A stretch of DNA of 64,000 bases, from assembly GCA_965243215.1 (NCBI GenBank), contig CBDEUJ010000005.1, positions 936,546 to 1,000,545 of the forward strand, given 5' to 3'. This DNA is from Paracoccaceae bacterium. Its GTDB lineage: Bacteria > Pseudomonadota > Alphaproteobacteria > Rhodobacterales > Rhodobacteraceae. The notes under the pieces were generated by a model. The model was not told where the DNA came from and did not search any database. It saw only the letters and a list, made by a program, of their open reading frames with translations. Positions 1-9,637 of the stretch are shown here, piece by piece. The position numbers and the translations under genes are program-made. Every line of letters begins with the position of its first letter. Position 1 is the stretch's first letter.

Positions 1-1090
1 AGACCGGTGCATTCGGATCATGCCCGAAGACGCCGATGGGCGTGTAGTGCGGATTGAACGCACCGTAGCCTGCCAGCGGGCCATTGAGGAACGCCTCGTA
101 GTCGAACGCATGGTTGAATGCCTGGCGAATGCGCGGGTCATGGAAGAAATCGACAGGGATCGTATCGTCCGAAGGCAAGGAGCCTTCGGGGATGTTGAGG
201 TTGAAGCCGATATGGAGCGGTTCAAGAAGCAGCCCGCCCGTAAAGATGGTCACGCCATCCGCGCCTTCGAGATCGGCGATGAAGGAGGGATCGGTCTCGA
301 TGGTGTCGAACTCGCCTGCGCGCAGCCCCAGCACCCGGACATCCGGGTCGCCGCCGATCTCGATCCGGACATCAAGCTTGGCGCTTTCGCCCCAGTAGTC
401 ATCGTTGACCTCAAGCTGGATGTTCTCGTTCCTGTTCCAGGCCACGAACTTGTACGGCCCGGTCCCGACCATGTTGCCCGCCATGAATGCGTTCGGCGCG
501 CCAGCCTCGACCCCGCCATTGGCTTCCACGGCGTCCTGGCTGACGATCGACGCCACCATGGCGACGACGGTCGAATTGAGGAAGCTTGCCGACGGTTCGG
601 AAAGCGTCGCGCGGAAAGTCATTTCGTCGATCACCTCGGTCGACACGACCACGTCGGACAGTGCGCCGGCATTGCCCTCTGGCAGGTCCATGGTCATGGC
701 CCGGTCCCAGGAGTATTTCACGTCGTCAGCGGTGAATGCCGTGCCGTCGTGGAACGTCACGCCTCCGCGCAGCTTGAAGGTGTAGATCATCCCGTCACCC
801 GAGATGCCGCCGTTCTCCAGGCTGGGCACCTCGACCGCCAGTGACGGGATCAGGTCAGGACTCGCAGGCCCGGTATCCAGAAGCCGGTCATAAACCTGCA
901 GAATCACCGTTTCGCCCCCTTCGCCCGGCTCCACCTGCGCGGGGTCAAGCGTTGTCGGCTCGTCATCGGCTGCGTGAACCAGCAGCCCCGGGTTCTTCAC
1001 CTGGGCGGTGGCCGCGAGCGGTCCGGCAAGTGCAATTGCCAAAGCTGCAAACCCGGCCTGAAGGCCGCTGCGCCATCTGAATGTCGTCAT
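1..1090 (-). CDS. ABC transporter substrate-binding protein, family 5 (peptide/nickel/opine type); C-terminus lies beyond the window
   Basis: Own translation of the minus strand from the ATG at complement 1088-1090. It reads MTTFRWRSGLQAGFAALAIALAGPLAATAQ (signal peptide), then LDPAQVEPGEGGETVILQVYDRLLD...TFKLRGGVTFHDGTAFTADDVKYSWDRA. The frame stays open to the window edge, so it is absent from the track; 20..844 + is its antisense shadow. Confidence 0.8.
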   Translation of the reverse strand, partial: MTTFRWRSGLQAGFAALAIALAGPLAATAQVKNPGLLVHAADDEPTTLDPAQVEPGEGGETVILQVYDRLLDTGPASPDLIPSLAVEVPSLENGGISGDGMIYTFKLRGGVTFHDGTAFTADDVKYSWDRAMTMDLPEGNAGALSDVVVSTEVIDEMTFRATLSEPSASFLNSTVVAMVASIVSQDAVEANGGVEAGAPNAFMAGNMVGTGPYKFVAWNRNENIQLEVNDDYWGESAKLDVRIEIGGDPDVRVLGLRAGEFDTIETDPSFIADLEGADGVTIFTGGLLLEPLHIGFNLNIPEGSLPSDDTIPVDFFHDPRIRQAFNHAFDYEAFLNGPLAGYGAFNPHYTPIGVFGHDPNAPV

Positions 1091-1259
1091 GTCTTCCTCC
1101 CGACTGTCATTGCGACTGGATTCCGTCCACATCCCGGATCCTTGGAGACTGCTGCAAATCCAGGTTGTGCAATCGTTTGCGGAAAAAAGTAGCGTGGCGC
1201 GAGCTTTCTGTCTACAATCTTTTCACTTGAACGCCCGGCGACATAACGGACTGATCCCA

Positions 1260-2414
1260 ATGGCAAAATCCATGAGTGACCTTGAGCGCCTGCCCGGAGA
1301 GGATCCCTTCATCGTGGCTCGTGGGGGATTCTACCGCCGTTGGCTGTCAATGATTGACGACATCGAGGAACTCGAGGGCATCGTCGCCACGCTCGGGGGA
1401 ACGACCGAGGACAAGTGGGTTCCGGTCTGGCGCGAGGCCGGTGCAAGGCACGAGGCCGCGGGTGATCGCCTGGAAGCCCAGGGTGCGGTCGAAGCCGCCA
1501 AGCATCAGTTTCTGTTGGCAAAAACCTACTACGCCATCGGCCGCTTCCCGGCCGAGATTTCACCCCTCAAGGCCGAAATCAGCGCTGATTGCGCACGTGC
1601 CTATCGCAAGGCCAGCTCCCATCTGGACCCGCCAATGGAATCCTTGGATATCGTTTGCGAAGGAAAGGGCTTCCGCGCCCATTTTCGGGCGCCAAGTTCT
1701 GATTCGCCCGCGCCCGCCGTACTGATCATGTGCGGTGCGGACGTCTTCAAGGAAGACCGTGGATGGGCGGCGGAACTGGCGCTGGAAGCCGGCCTCGCGT
1801 CCCTGGTGATGGACGCGCCCGGCACAGGGGAGAATCCCTTTCCATGGGAGCCTGGTTCGGTCAAGGCCTGGGTCGCAGCCATTGATGCGCTGATGGCGCG
1901 CCCTGAAGTCGACCAGACCCGCATCGGGGCCTTCGGGATCAGCCGAGGCGGCTATTCCGTCATGCAGCTTGCAGGCACGGTGCCGGAAAGAGTCAAGGCA
2001 GTGGTCGCCATAGCCGGTCACCCGTTCGGCTACGAAATGTCCGAGCATGAGATGGCCACGATTGCCGCCGCACGAAACCGTCGCTCGAACCATCGCTTCG
2101 GCCCGCCCGACGGCCCGCCTTCCTTCCCGACATGGTCGGTCGAAAAGGAAAGGGAAATCTTCGCCGGCTGGTCCTTGTCCTCTCTGGGTCTCGTCGAGAG
2201 GATCAACATGCCGGTCCTGATGATCAATGGCGACAACGATCATCTCGCGCCCGTCGGCAATATCCACTACATGCTCGAAAGCGGACCCGTGGGCACACGC
2301 AGCGCCAAGGTCTACAAGGGTTCAGGCCACTGTGCGTTCGAACACCAGCCGGAATGGGGACCAGCCGCCTTCCGGTGGCTCGAACGCAAGCTGTCGACCG
2401 ACCAGGCGCATTGA
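1260..2414 (+). CDS. alpha/beta hydrolase (FrsA/DUF1100-like esterase)
   Basis: Track ORF 1089..2414 trimmed to the internal ATG at 1260 (MAKSMSDLERL). It has a GISRGG nucleophile elbow, an alpha/beta-fold layout and a late GSGHCAFEH histidine region. Confidence 0.7.
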   Translation: MAKSMSDLERLPGEDPFIVARGGFYRRWLSMIDDIEELEGIVATLGGTTEDKWVPVWREAGARHEAAGDRLEAQGAVEAAKHQFLLAKTYYAIGRFPAEISPLKAEISADCARAYRKASSHLDPPMESLDIVCEGKGFRAHFRAPSSDSPAPAVLIMCGADVFKEDRGWAAELALEAGLASLVMDAPGTGENPFPWEPGSVKAWVAAIDALMARPEVDQTRIGAFGISRGGYSVMQLAGTVPERVKAVVAIAGHPFGYEMSEHEMATIAAARNRRSNHRFGPPDGPPSFPTWSVEKEREIFAGWSLSSLGLVERINMPVLMINGDNDHLAPVGNIHYMLESGPVGTRSAKVYKGSGHCAFEHQPEWGPAAFRWLERKLSTDQAH

Positions 2415-2486
2415 GCGTGCCCGCGATTCGGTTCCGAAGGGGCCGACCCCGCGCCTGCCCGCGGCCAGGCGGGGGGAACGCACGCT

Positions 2487-4067
2487 TCAGGCTTCCATGA
2501 TCCCGGACAGGTCCTCGCCGAGGTCCTGCAGCACAACCATTGCTGCATTCCGCCCTGGATAGCCGGTGATCGAGCCTCCCGGATGGGTCGTTCCACCGGT
2601 CTGGTACAGCCCTGGTATCGGCATTCGGTGCTGTGCCCATCCCGGGGCGGGGCGCTGCTCTCCGGCAAAGCTGACAGACCGGTCACCGCCATGGGGCGCT
2701 CCCTTAATCATGTGCGGATTCGACGCCTCGATGTCCACGGGCGACTTGGTCACTCGGGCAAGAATCGCGTCGTCGGTGAACCCTGGGCAAAACCGCCGTA
2801 CCGTTTCGATCAGGCGTCCGGCGAAAGCCTCCTTGCATGCCTCCCAGCCGGACGGTCCAATGTCCGGAAGGTCATGGACCACGTGCGTGAGCAGCTTGAC
2901 GGTATGATGCCCGTCCGGCGCACGGCCTGGATCCACGAGCGTCGGCGTCGCCACCAGCAGCCAAGCAACCTTGTCAGATAACCTGCCGTCATAGATGTCG
3001 CGGCCGGACTGCACGAGATCCTCGATCCAGCCGGCATAGCCGGCCGAAACGGCGCTGCGCGGCCCGCGCCGGGTTTCAAAGACCGGTGGCGCAGAAGTGG
3101 CAAGATAGGTAGCGAAGAACGGCACGCCGACATTGTAGGTTTCGACGCCAAAGAGGAAGTCCTCGCCCCAAGCGTCCTCGTGCGCCATTTCGACGAGATG
3201 CTTGACATGGATCGTGGATACCACCCCCCTGCGTCCCCGAAACTCCCGCCCGTCTCGCGTCCGAACCCCGACGCATCGGTTTCCTTCCAAGATCAAGCTC
3301 TCGACCCGAGCTTCGTAGTGAAACTCGGCCCCCCGGTTGGCGAGGAACCCGACCAGCGCATCGGTCAGACGGCCTGATCCCCCTTTTGGAATCGACCAGC
3401 TCCTTGCCTGTCGGGGCGCCGTGATCTGATACGGCAGGAACCCGGTGCCCGCCTGGTCGATCGGCACCGCCGTCTGAAACGCCATCCAGCCCATGAAGGC
3501 CCGCACGTGCGGACTTGTGAATTCGTGCAGAATCACGTCTCGCGCGCTCATGGCCATGCGCCGCGCCCAGATGCCGCCGCGTGGATGGTCTCGCAGGAGA
3601 TCCCTCATCGATGGAGCCATGCCGACGGGCCCGGACCGTGCGTCGCCGAGGAGCGGACGAAGCTCGTCGAACTCGCTGATCAACCGCGCGTAGCTTTCCG
3701 CGTCTTGCTGCGAATACCTTGCGAACTCTGCAACGGTCGCATCCAGATCGAGCGACATCGTGATCTGCTCGCCATCGGGCAACGCGACATGGGCCACGGG
3801 ATCAGGGTGCAGATAGGAAAGCCCGTACTCTTCGACCAGCCCGAGCTCATCGAGACGGATGAGCGGGTTCTGCAAGATCAACGTATGTCCGGTCGAACAG
3901 GTGTCGATCCCGTAACCCGGTCCCAGGATCTCTTCGGTGGCGCAGCCCCCTCCTGGAACCGGACGCGCATCCAGTATCGTGCATGAATAGCCTGCCTTTG
4001 CCAGATAGCACGCGGTCACCAAGCTGTTGTGGCCTGCACCCGCAATCACGAAGTCCACTGCAGCCAT
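2487..4067 (-). CDS. NAD(P)/FAD-dependent oxidoreductase, phytoene desaturase (CrtI)-like family
   Basis: Track ORF 2487..4520 trimmed to MAAVDFVIAGAGHNSLVTACYLAKAGYSCTILDARPVPGGG (GxGxxG dinucleotide fold right at the N-terminus; cat at 4065-4067). The C-terminal GLYQTGGTTHPGG motif is typical of the CrtI family. Confidence 0.8.
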   Translation of the reverse strand: MAAVDFVIAGAGHNSLVTACYLAKAGYSCTILDARPVPGGGCATEEILGPGYGIDTCSTGHTLILQNPLIRLDELGLVEEYGLSYLHPDPVAHVALPDGEQITMSLDLDATVAEFARYSQQDAESYARLISEFDELRPLLGDARSGPVGMAPSMRDLLRDHPRGGIWARRMAMSARDVILHEFTSPHVRAFMGWMAFQTAVPIDQAGTGFLPYQITAPRQARSWSIPKGGSGRLTDALVGFLANRGAEFHYEARVESLILEGNRCVGVRTRDGREFRGRRGVVSTIHVKHLVEMAHEDAWGEDFLFGVETYNVGVPFFATYLATSAPPVFETRRGPRSAVSAGYAGWIEDLVQSGRDIYDGRLSDKVAWLLVATPTLVDPGRAPDGHHTVKLLTHVVHDLPDIGPSGWEACKEAFAGRLIETVRRFCPGFTDDAILARVTKSPVDIEASNPHMIKGAPHGGDRSVSFAGEQRPAPGWAQHRMPIPGLYQTGGTTHPGGSITGYPGRNAAMVVLQDLGEDLSGIMEA

Positions 4068-4629
4068 GCCTCGTCGTCCCAAGCTTGCATCCATGCGCCC
4101 AGCGCGTGCACGCGAAGGTAGATTTGATGCCTTGCAAAGGGAAGCCACGACGGCCGGCTTCCGGAAACTGCACCGGTGCCATGGAAAAGAGGGCCAATGG
4201 TGCCTTCGTGCCCTCCCAGTCTGGCCATGTGCGTGATCTGCACTTTCTTCCCGCTGGAGCGCGTCTGCAGATTCCTTGCGGACAACGAGTCCGGTGTCGC
4301 AATGTTCGTCAAAGGACCTTCCGCCATCGGCGCTACAGGAGGATTCCAAACTGGCGTCAAGTTTCTCACGGCGAGCTTGGGATCTGGCGGCATGCCAACC
4401 GCCCCGTTGCAACTCATTCGGAACCGGTGGCTCGCTTTCCCTCGTGAACACTTTCAGAATTGACAATTGCGGAACCGTTCTGTCCCGACTTTCGACAGAA
4501 ATTGAGCAGGTCAGATTCACCGGCTTGTCGCTCGTGGCGCGGAGTCCAGTTGATCTGAGACATGTCCTACAGCCTTGAAGAGGCTTCCGAATGCAGGCAC
4601 ACAGGCCCTGAAGTCAAGGGAGCAAGAGA

Positions 4630-5625
4630 ATGGGGTTGCTGCAGGACGGAAAGTGGGTCGATCAGTGGCACGACACCAAGTCAAGTGAGGGCCGGTTCGT
4701 TCGAAAGGACTCGCAATTTCGCAACTGGATCACGGCGGACGGGGCCGCAGGCCCCAGCGGCGATGGTGGGTTCAAGGCCGCGTCCGGGCGCTATCATCTC
4801 TACGTGTCGCTTGCCTGCCCCTGGGCGCATCGAACGCTGATCTTCCGGGCATTGAAAGGTCTCGAGGACATGATCCCTGTCTCGGTCGTGCACTGGTTCA
4901 TGGGCGACCAGGGCTGGACCTTCACGCCCGAGGACCGTTCGACCCGCGATGCCGCCAACGGCGCCGACTTCCTGCATGAAATCTACACGACGGCAGACCC
5001 CGGCTATTCGGGACGCGTGACCGTGCCGGCGCTTTGGGACAAGGAGTCGAAGACCATCGTTTCAAACGAGTCCTCGGAAATCATCCGGATGTTCAACTCG
5101 GCCTTCGACGATCTGGGCGCAAGACCCGGCGACTACTGTCCGGACTCCCTCACGCCGGAGATCGACGCGATCAACGACCGAATCTACAGCACGGTCAACA
5201 ATGGCGTCTACAAGGCCGGTTTCGCGTCGACGCAGGACGCCTACGAGGAGGCGATCGTTCCTCTCTTCGAAACGCTGGACTGGCTGGAAGACCGGCTCGA
5301 CTCGCGAAGATACCTCATGGGCGCGGCTACGACTGAAGCGGACTGGCGTCTGTTCCCCACGCTTGTCCGTTTCGATGCAGTCTATTTCGGACACTTCAAG
5401 TGCAATCTTCGCAGGATCGCGGACTACCCCAATCTTTCCGGCTTTGTCCGGGACCTCTACCAGCATCCGGGCGTCGCGGAGACGGTGGATTTCCTGCACA
5501 TCAAGAAACACTATTACGGCAGCCACGCGGCGATAAATCCGACCCGGATCGTCCCGATGGGGCCGGAGTTCGACTACACCGCGCCGCATGACCGCGCCCG
5601 CTTCAGCCAAGGGACCTTGCACTGA
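4630..5625 (+). CDS. yqjG: glutathionyl-hydroquinone reductase / Xi-class glutathione S-transferase
   Basis: GRFVR..S.FRNWIT.DG...F.AE.GRYHLYVSLACPWAHRTLI is the characteristic YqjG/ECM4 N-terminus with the CPWA active site. Confidence 0.85.
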   Translation: MGLLQDGKWVDQWHDTKSSEGRFVRKDSQFRNWITADGAAGPSGDGGFKAASGRYHLYVSLACPWAHRTLIFRALKGLEDMIPVSVVHWFMGDQGWTFTPEDRSTRDAANGADFLHEIYTTADPGYSGRVTVPALWDKESKTIVSNESSEIIRMFNSAFDDLGARPGDYCPDSLTPEIDAINDRIYSTVNNGVYKAGFASTQDAYEEAIVPLFETLDWLEDRLDSRRYLMGAATTEADWRLFPTLVRFDAVYFGHFKCNLRRIADYPNLSGFVRDLYQHPGVAETVDFLHIKKHYYGSHAAINPTRIVPMGPEFDYTAPHDRARFSQGTLH

Positions 5626-6240
5626 CCGAAGAGACCTTTGCGGTCATGCTGCATGACTGGCCGGAAAGCCGGACATGACGGCGAAGCAGTTGTCCTGCCC
5701 AAGAAGGGAGCCGAGAACAAAGGGCCTTATGTTCCTGACTAAATCGCCCTTCAGGCCGGCTCCTCCAGCACCGGCCCGGTTCATCGATCGATGCGCGTGT
5801 GCAAGCGACGCCGGCCTGGCAAGTGACAGCGGGCCTTGACCAGAGCCGCAAGTGGGCCTGAGATACGTGCAGGGGGCCGCCAAATCCGTGTGGCCATCCG
5901 ACTGATTGGTCTCGTCTCCGTTCTGCCTTTTTCAAGTTCGAACTGCCGAAATCGGCTTTAGTTTCGAATCGTTCATGCCAATTGAACCCGCGGAGTTTGG
6001 TGGTTCCCATTCAATATCGGCTGCCTTTCGCGAGAGCGGGAATTCGGCGGCAAACCGCGCCGTTGGGCATTGTTCCGGCCTGGTCAAGCCAACAATCGCC
6101 GCGCTCAAGGCAATGGCGACTTGAGGAGCACGACGGTCCCTTGGCCAGGAACTACTTCACTCGCCATCGATCGAAGAGCGGAACTCAGCGCCGACAGACC
6201 GCCCGTCTGCCTGTGAACGCGCGCAAGGCAGTGGCTTCGC

Positions 6241-7419
6241 TCAGGCCGGCCCGGCCCGCTGCCGCCGCAGATGGTCAGCAAAGAGCGGCACCGTGAAATC
6301 CAGGACGCCGTGGCCGGAGCTGTAGATCATCCCCTTGGCGATGATGTTTGCGCGTGTGGGTCCCAACGATCCCAGGGACTTGCCCAGCGCCGCAGCAACT
6401 TCCGCAATTGGGTACGGGCCGTCGCCCAGGTCGGCCATGGCGCGCACAAACGCCATCTCGGTCGGCGTCAGGCGATCCGTCCGGACCTTGAAGAAACCGT
6501 CGTCGAGCGCCTCGAGCGCGCGCCGCTGCGCGTTCAACGCGTCGCTCATGTCCACGGACGGGCCCTCCGCCTGATCCCAAACCTCTGACCCCCAGGCCTG
6601 GAGGTAGAAGGGGTACCCTTGGGTGCCTTTTGCGATCGCATCGAGCGCGGCGGCGCCAATGGAAGCACCCTCGTCCTCGATGGGCTTGCGGATGGCCAGA
6701 CGTGCGGCGTCCGGGTCCAAGGCACCGATTTCGGGGTACGCGAACAACCGCTCCGCGTAGGATTTTGCGTCGCCGGCCAGTCTGGCAACTTGCGGCAGGC
6801 CCGCGCCTACAAACACGACCGGCGCCTGAACTTGGTTCATCCGGTGCAGCGCGACGATCAACGCCGACAGGTCCGCCCTTTCCAGGTACTGAACTTCATC
6901 AATCAGGAGCGTCCACCCTTTGCCAGCGGCCGCGGCGGCGCGCCCGACGGCGGCGAAGGCGTCGGGCAGGTCGTTTTCAAGATCGCCGCTGTCGGCTTCG
7001 CCGGGAACCGCGTCCACCTCAATCGACGCGCCAAAGGCCGACAGCTTCTTGACCGTGGACGCCAGACTCTTCAGCACCCCAAGGCCCTGGGCGGCAAGAT
7101 CCTTGGCGGCCTCCACTGTTGAAAGGCTGCGCAGAACCTTGCGGATGCCGGTCGCCAGCATTTCGGCCAAGGGCTTTCCTTCCGGGGCTTCCAGACGCGT
7201 GACCAAGTGCCTTTCTTCGAGCGCCACGCGTTCGATCGCGTTGAGAAGCGCCGTTTTGCCCGTGCCCCGCAACCCCAGCAGCATCATGTGCCGCGCGTTC
7301 TTCCCGACCACTGCGCGGCGCAACGACACGCGCGCGCTGTCCAATACGTCCTGGCGGCCAGCCAGCTCCGGGGGCGTGGTGCCCGCGCCGGGAGTGAAGG
7401 GATTTGCAAAGGGATCCAT
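6241..7419 (-). CDS. stand-alone AAA+ ATPase, ORC/Cdc6- or archaeal-ATPase-like, with a C-terminal winged-helix-like region
   Basis: FTPGAGTTPPELAGRQ...LLGLRGTGKTALLN is a Walker A and WTLLIDEVQYL a Walker B. The C-terminal part (LTPTEMAFVRAMADLG...IAEVAAALG) looks like a wHTH. Start moved from the TTG at 7443 to the ATG at 7419 (MDPFANPF). Confidence 0.7.
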   Translation of the reverse strand: MDPFANPFTPGAGTTPPELAGRQDVLDSARVSLRRAVVGKNARHMMLLGLRGTGKTALLNAIERVALEERHLVTRLEAPEGKPLAEMLATGIRKVLRSLSTVEAAKDLAAQGLGVLKSLASTVKKLSAFGASIEVDAVPGEADSGDLENDLPDAFAAVGRAAAAAGKGWTLLIDEVQYLERADLSALIVALHRMNQVQAPVVFVGAGLPQVARLAGDAKSYAERLFAYPEIGALDPDAARLAIRKPIEDEGASIGAAALDAIAKGTQGYPFYLQAWGSEVWDQAEGPSVDMSDALNAQRRALEALDDGFFKVRTDRLTPTEMAFVRAMADLGDGPYPIAEVAAALGKSLGSLGPTRANIIAKGMIYSSGHGVLDFTVPLFADHLRRQRAGPA

Positions 7420-7429
7420 AGGGTCTCTG

Positions 7430-7475
7430 CCAATCTGTAACAATGTATAGCATTTTTTGATATACTATCCTAGAA
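7430..7475 (-). promoter_or_regulatory. AT-rich promoter-like segment upstream of the ATPase gene
   Basis: ccaatctgtaacaatgtatagcattttttgatatactatcctagaattc is a sharp GC trough in otherwise >60% GC DNA. The minus strand offers TATACA/TATCAA -10-like hexamers. Confidence 0.3.
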
Positions 7476-7652
7476 TTCGGTAAACAAGGCCGGCGCGCCG
7501 GGAAGATGGCCGTGAACGTCATCAACGCCGTTGCCATTCGGCGCGAAGATGGTGGTGCAATTGGCCCAGGACGTAACGGCAACCTTTTCCGGCCATTCGT
7601 GATCGCCCAGGTTTCCCGACAGGATGGAGACGGGAACCGAAACCGTACTCAT
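7470..7652 (-). CDS. hypothetical small protein (60 aa), possibly a gene fragment
   Basis: Internal ATG of track ORF 7470..7727 (MSTVSVPVSILSGNLGDHEWPEKVAVTSWANCTTIFAPNGNGVDDV). Third-position GC is moderately high, and no family was recognised. Confidence 0.2.
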   Translation of the reverse strand: MSTVSVPVSILSGNLGDHEWPEKVAVTSWANCTTIFAPNGNGVDDVHGHLPGAPALFTEF

Positions 7653-7799
7653 GCGCCCGGCGGGTCGCGCGGATGCCTTGCCAAACATCGACAGCGGGCC
7701 GGTGCAGCGGAAAGGTACACCGTCCAATTGCTATCGGCGGAAACCAAGTGTTCAATTCCAGAACATCCGGGGCTCTTTCAGGCGTTCCGTCGAAAATCA

Positions 7800-8183
7800 A
7801 TGAGGGGGCATTCCAGCGTGAAAAACGACGACGAATTCATTCTCCATGACCTGAAGGTCGAGGTCGTTCTGGATGGCCGGCAGCCGGTCTGCCGACACAT
7901 CGAGGGCGAGTGCTTCACCGTCGAGGGAGAGAACCTTGTCTTCGCCAAGGGGCAGAGAATATCGATGTATGCGCTCGCCGCGGTTCTGCCGCTTTTGCCT
8001 GCCAAGCAGCGCGACACCGACCCGAACGACTGGATGTCGACGGACGCCGAAGTCGCCTGCCCGGATCCGCATTGCGGCGGGCGGTTCCGGATCACTAGGA
8101 TCGGCACGCGGCGGTTCTCCCATGCAGAGACGACGGGACTGCCCGACGCGCGCTCGACGCCATATTGGGAGAAGGAGCGCTAG
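7800..8183 (+). CDS. TIGR04076-like family protein (Cys-rich small protein)
   Basis: Track ORF 7506..8183 trimmed to the ATG at 7800 (MRGHSSVKNDDEF). The pattern C.H.EGECF.V.G....S.YAL.A.LP.L.A......W......V.CPDP....RF.I.R recalls the TIGR04076 family, from memory only. Confidence 0.5.
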   Translation: MRGHSSVKNDDEFILHDLKVEVVLDGRQPVCRHIEGECFTVEGENLVFAKGQRISMYALAAVLPLLPAKQRDTDPNDWMSTDAEVACPDPHCGGRFRITRIGTRRFSHAETTGLPDARSTPYWEKER

Positions 8184-9637
8184 GCGCTGACGATCGCCTC
8201 GGCCTCGATTTCGACCAGGTAGTCGCCGGCCAGATCGTTGACCGCGACCAATGTATTGGCGGGCTTCAAGGCCCCGAAAACGCGGCCGTGGGCTGCGCTG
8301 ACGGCTTCGGTGTCGGCGATGTCTGTCAGGTAGATGCGGGTGCGCACGACATCTTCAGCCGTTCCGCCAAGGACGCGGACGGCACCGATGATCTTGTCGA
8401 TGACGTAGGTCGTCTGTGCGGCCGCGTCGCCCGGCGCGACGACGCGGTCGGCCCCCGCCGTCGCCGTGGTCCCTGAGACCAGGATGCGTTCTCCCACGCG
8501 CCGGGCCCGGCAATAGCCCGCAATGGTCTCCCATTTGCTGCCCGACATCGCGCGACGCACCTCGGGACGTCCCGGCATCTTGTCGGTGTCGTAGGCGGGA
8601 GGGACAGTGCCCAGGTGGTGGCTCAGGTCGCCGCCGGCCGTAAGGAACGGCGGCGTTCGGTATTCGTCGCCGCAGTCGCCGGGAATCGATGCGGTGCCGG
8701 CGAATGCCCTGGCCAGGACCGCGCGGTCCCCGTCATCGAGGGAAAAGCCGAAGAGCTGGGCGTTGTCGGCGCGATGATCGCTTTCGCCAGGCCGGACGCC
8801 TATGATGACGCCAGCGACATGGGACTGTTCCAGGACCCAGCGCGTCGCGACGTTTGTCACCGAGACACCGTGCTTCGCTGCAACCTCGGCGGCGGCGGAG
8901 AGAACCGCCTGATAGGCCTCCCAGCCGCCGGCGGCCTCGATGAAGCGGCGGTATTTCATCTTGCTCCAGTCCGGAACGTCCTCCGGCTCTGGCCGACCCA
9001 GCCATCTCTCGGACAGAAAGCCGCCACAGACGGTGCCATAGGCAAGCAGGTGCACGCCATGGCGCAAGCAGGTCTCAGCCAGCGGCCCGGTGAAACGACG
9101 GTCCAGCAGCGAGCAGACGACCTGGTTGGTCCGGACGGGAACGCCGTCGGCCAGCGCCAGATGCAGATGAGCGGCGTCAAAATTGGTCACGCCGATCTCG
9201 CGGATCAATCCCTCCTCGCGCAGCGTCACGAGCTCATGCAATGCGTCGAGCCAGGCGGGGTGCTCGAAGCTCCACCAGTGGAATTGCAGGAGATCCACAC
9301 GCGCGATCCCGAGCCGGTCCAGCCTCTCCTGCACGCCGGCGCGCACGACTGCCGGCGTCATCGGACCAGGCGGCGGGCACCACTTGGTGAAGGCCAGCGC
9401 ATCGGGAAAGCGCTGCAGGAGACGCGAGGCGATGATCTCGGCGCTGCCGTAGTGATCCGCCATGTCGAACGTGTCAAAACCGCTCTCGGCATAGCGGGCA
9501 AGGTGATCGGCGGCCTTGTCAGGGGCCAGGTCCGTGCCACGGCGCTCCATGTCCGCGACTTGCCAAAGGCCGGTCAGGATGCGGCTGATGGCCAATTCGC
9601 TGGTCAGGCGGAACCTGTCAGGCGTTGCGATGGTCAT
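8180..9637 (-). CDS. aldo/keto reductase fused to a C-terminal RidA/YjgF domain
   Basis: The N-terminal ~330 aa is AKR-like (GFDTFDMADHYGSAE, VDLLQFHWW, IGVTNF). The C-terminal ~125 aa (ILVSGTTA...TTYVIDKI...VVRTRIYLTD...TLVAV..L....LVEIEAEAI) is a RidA fold. It is one uninterrupted ORF. Confidence 0.8.
   Translation of the reverse strand: MTIATPDRFRLTSELAISRILTGLWQVADMERRGTDLAPDKAADHLARYAESGFDTFDMADHYGSAEIIASRLLQRFPDALAFTKWCPPPGPMTPAVVRAGVQERLDRLGIARVDLLQFHWWSFEHPAWLDALHELVTLREEGLIREIGVTNFDAAHLHLALADGVPVRTNQVVCSLLDRRFTGPLAETCLRHGVHLLAYGTVCGGFLSERWLGRPEPEDVPDWSKMKYRRFIEAAGGWEAYQAVLSAAAEVAAKHGVSVTNVATRWVLEQSHVAGVIIGVRPGESDHRADNAQLFGFSLDDGDRAVLARAFAGTASIPGDCGDEYRTPPFLTAGGDLSHHLGTVPPAYDTDKMPGRPEVRRAMSGSKWETIAGYCRARRVGERILVSGTTATAGADRVVAPGDAAAQTTYVIDKIIGAVRVLGGTAEDVVRTRIYLTDIADTEAVSAAHGRVFGALKPANTLVAVNDLAGDYLVEIEAEAIVSA

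Noticed and set aside
20-844. 274-aa plus-strand ORF at the window start
   Set aside because: It is antisense to the family-5 substrate-binding protein gene, which has a clear signal peptide and family motifs on the minus strand.
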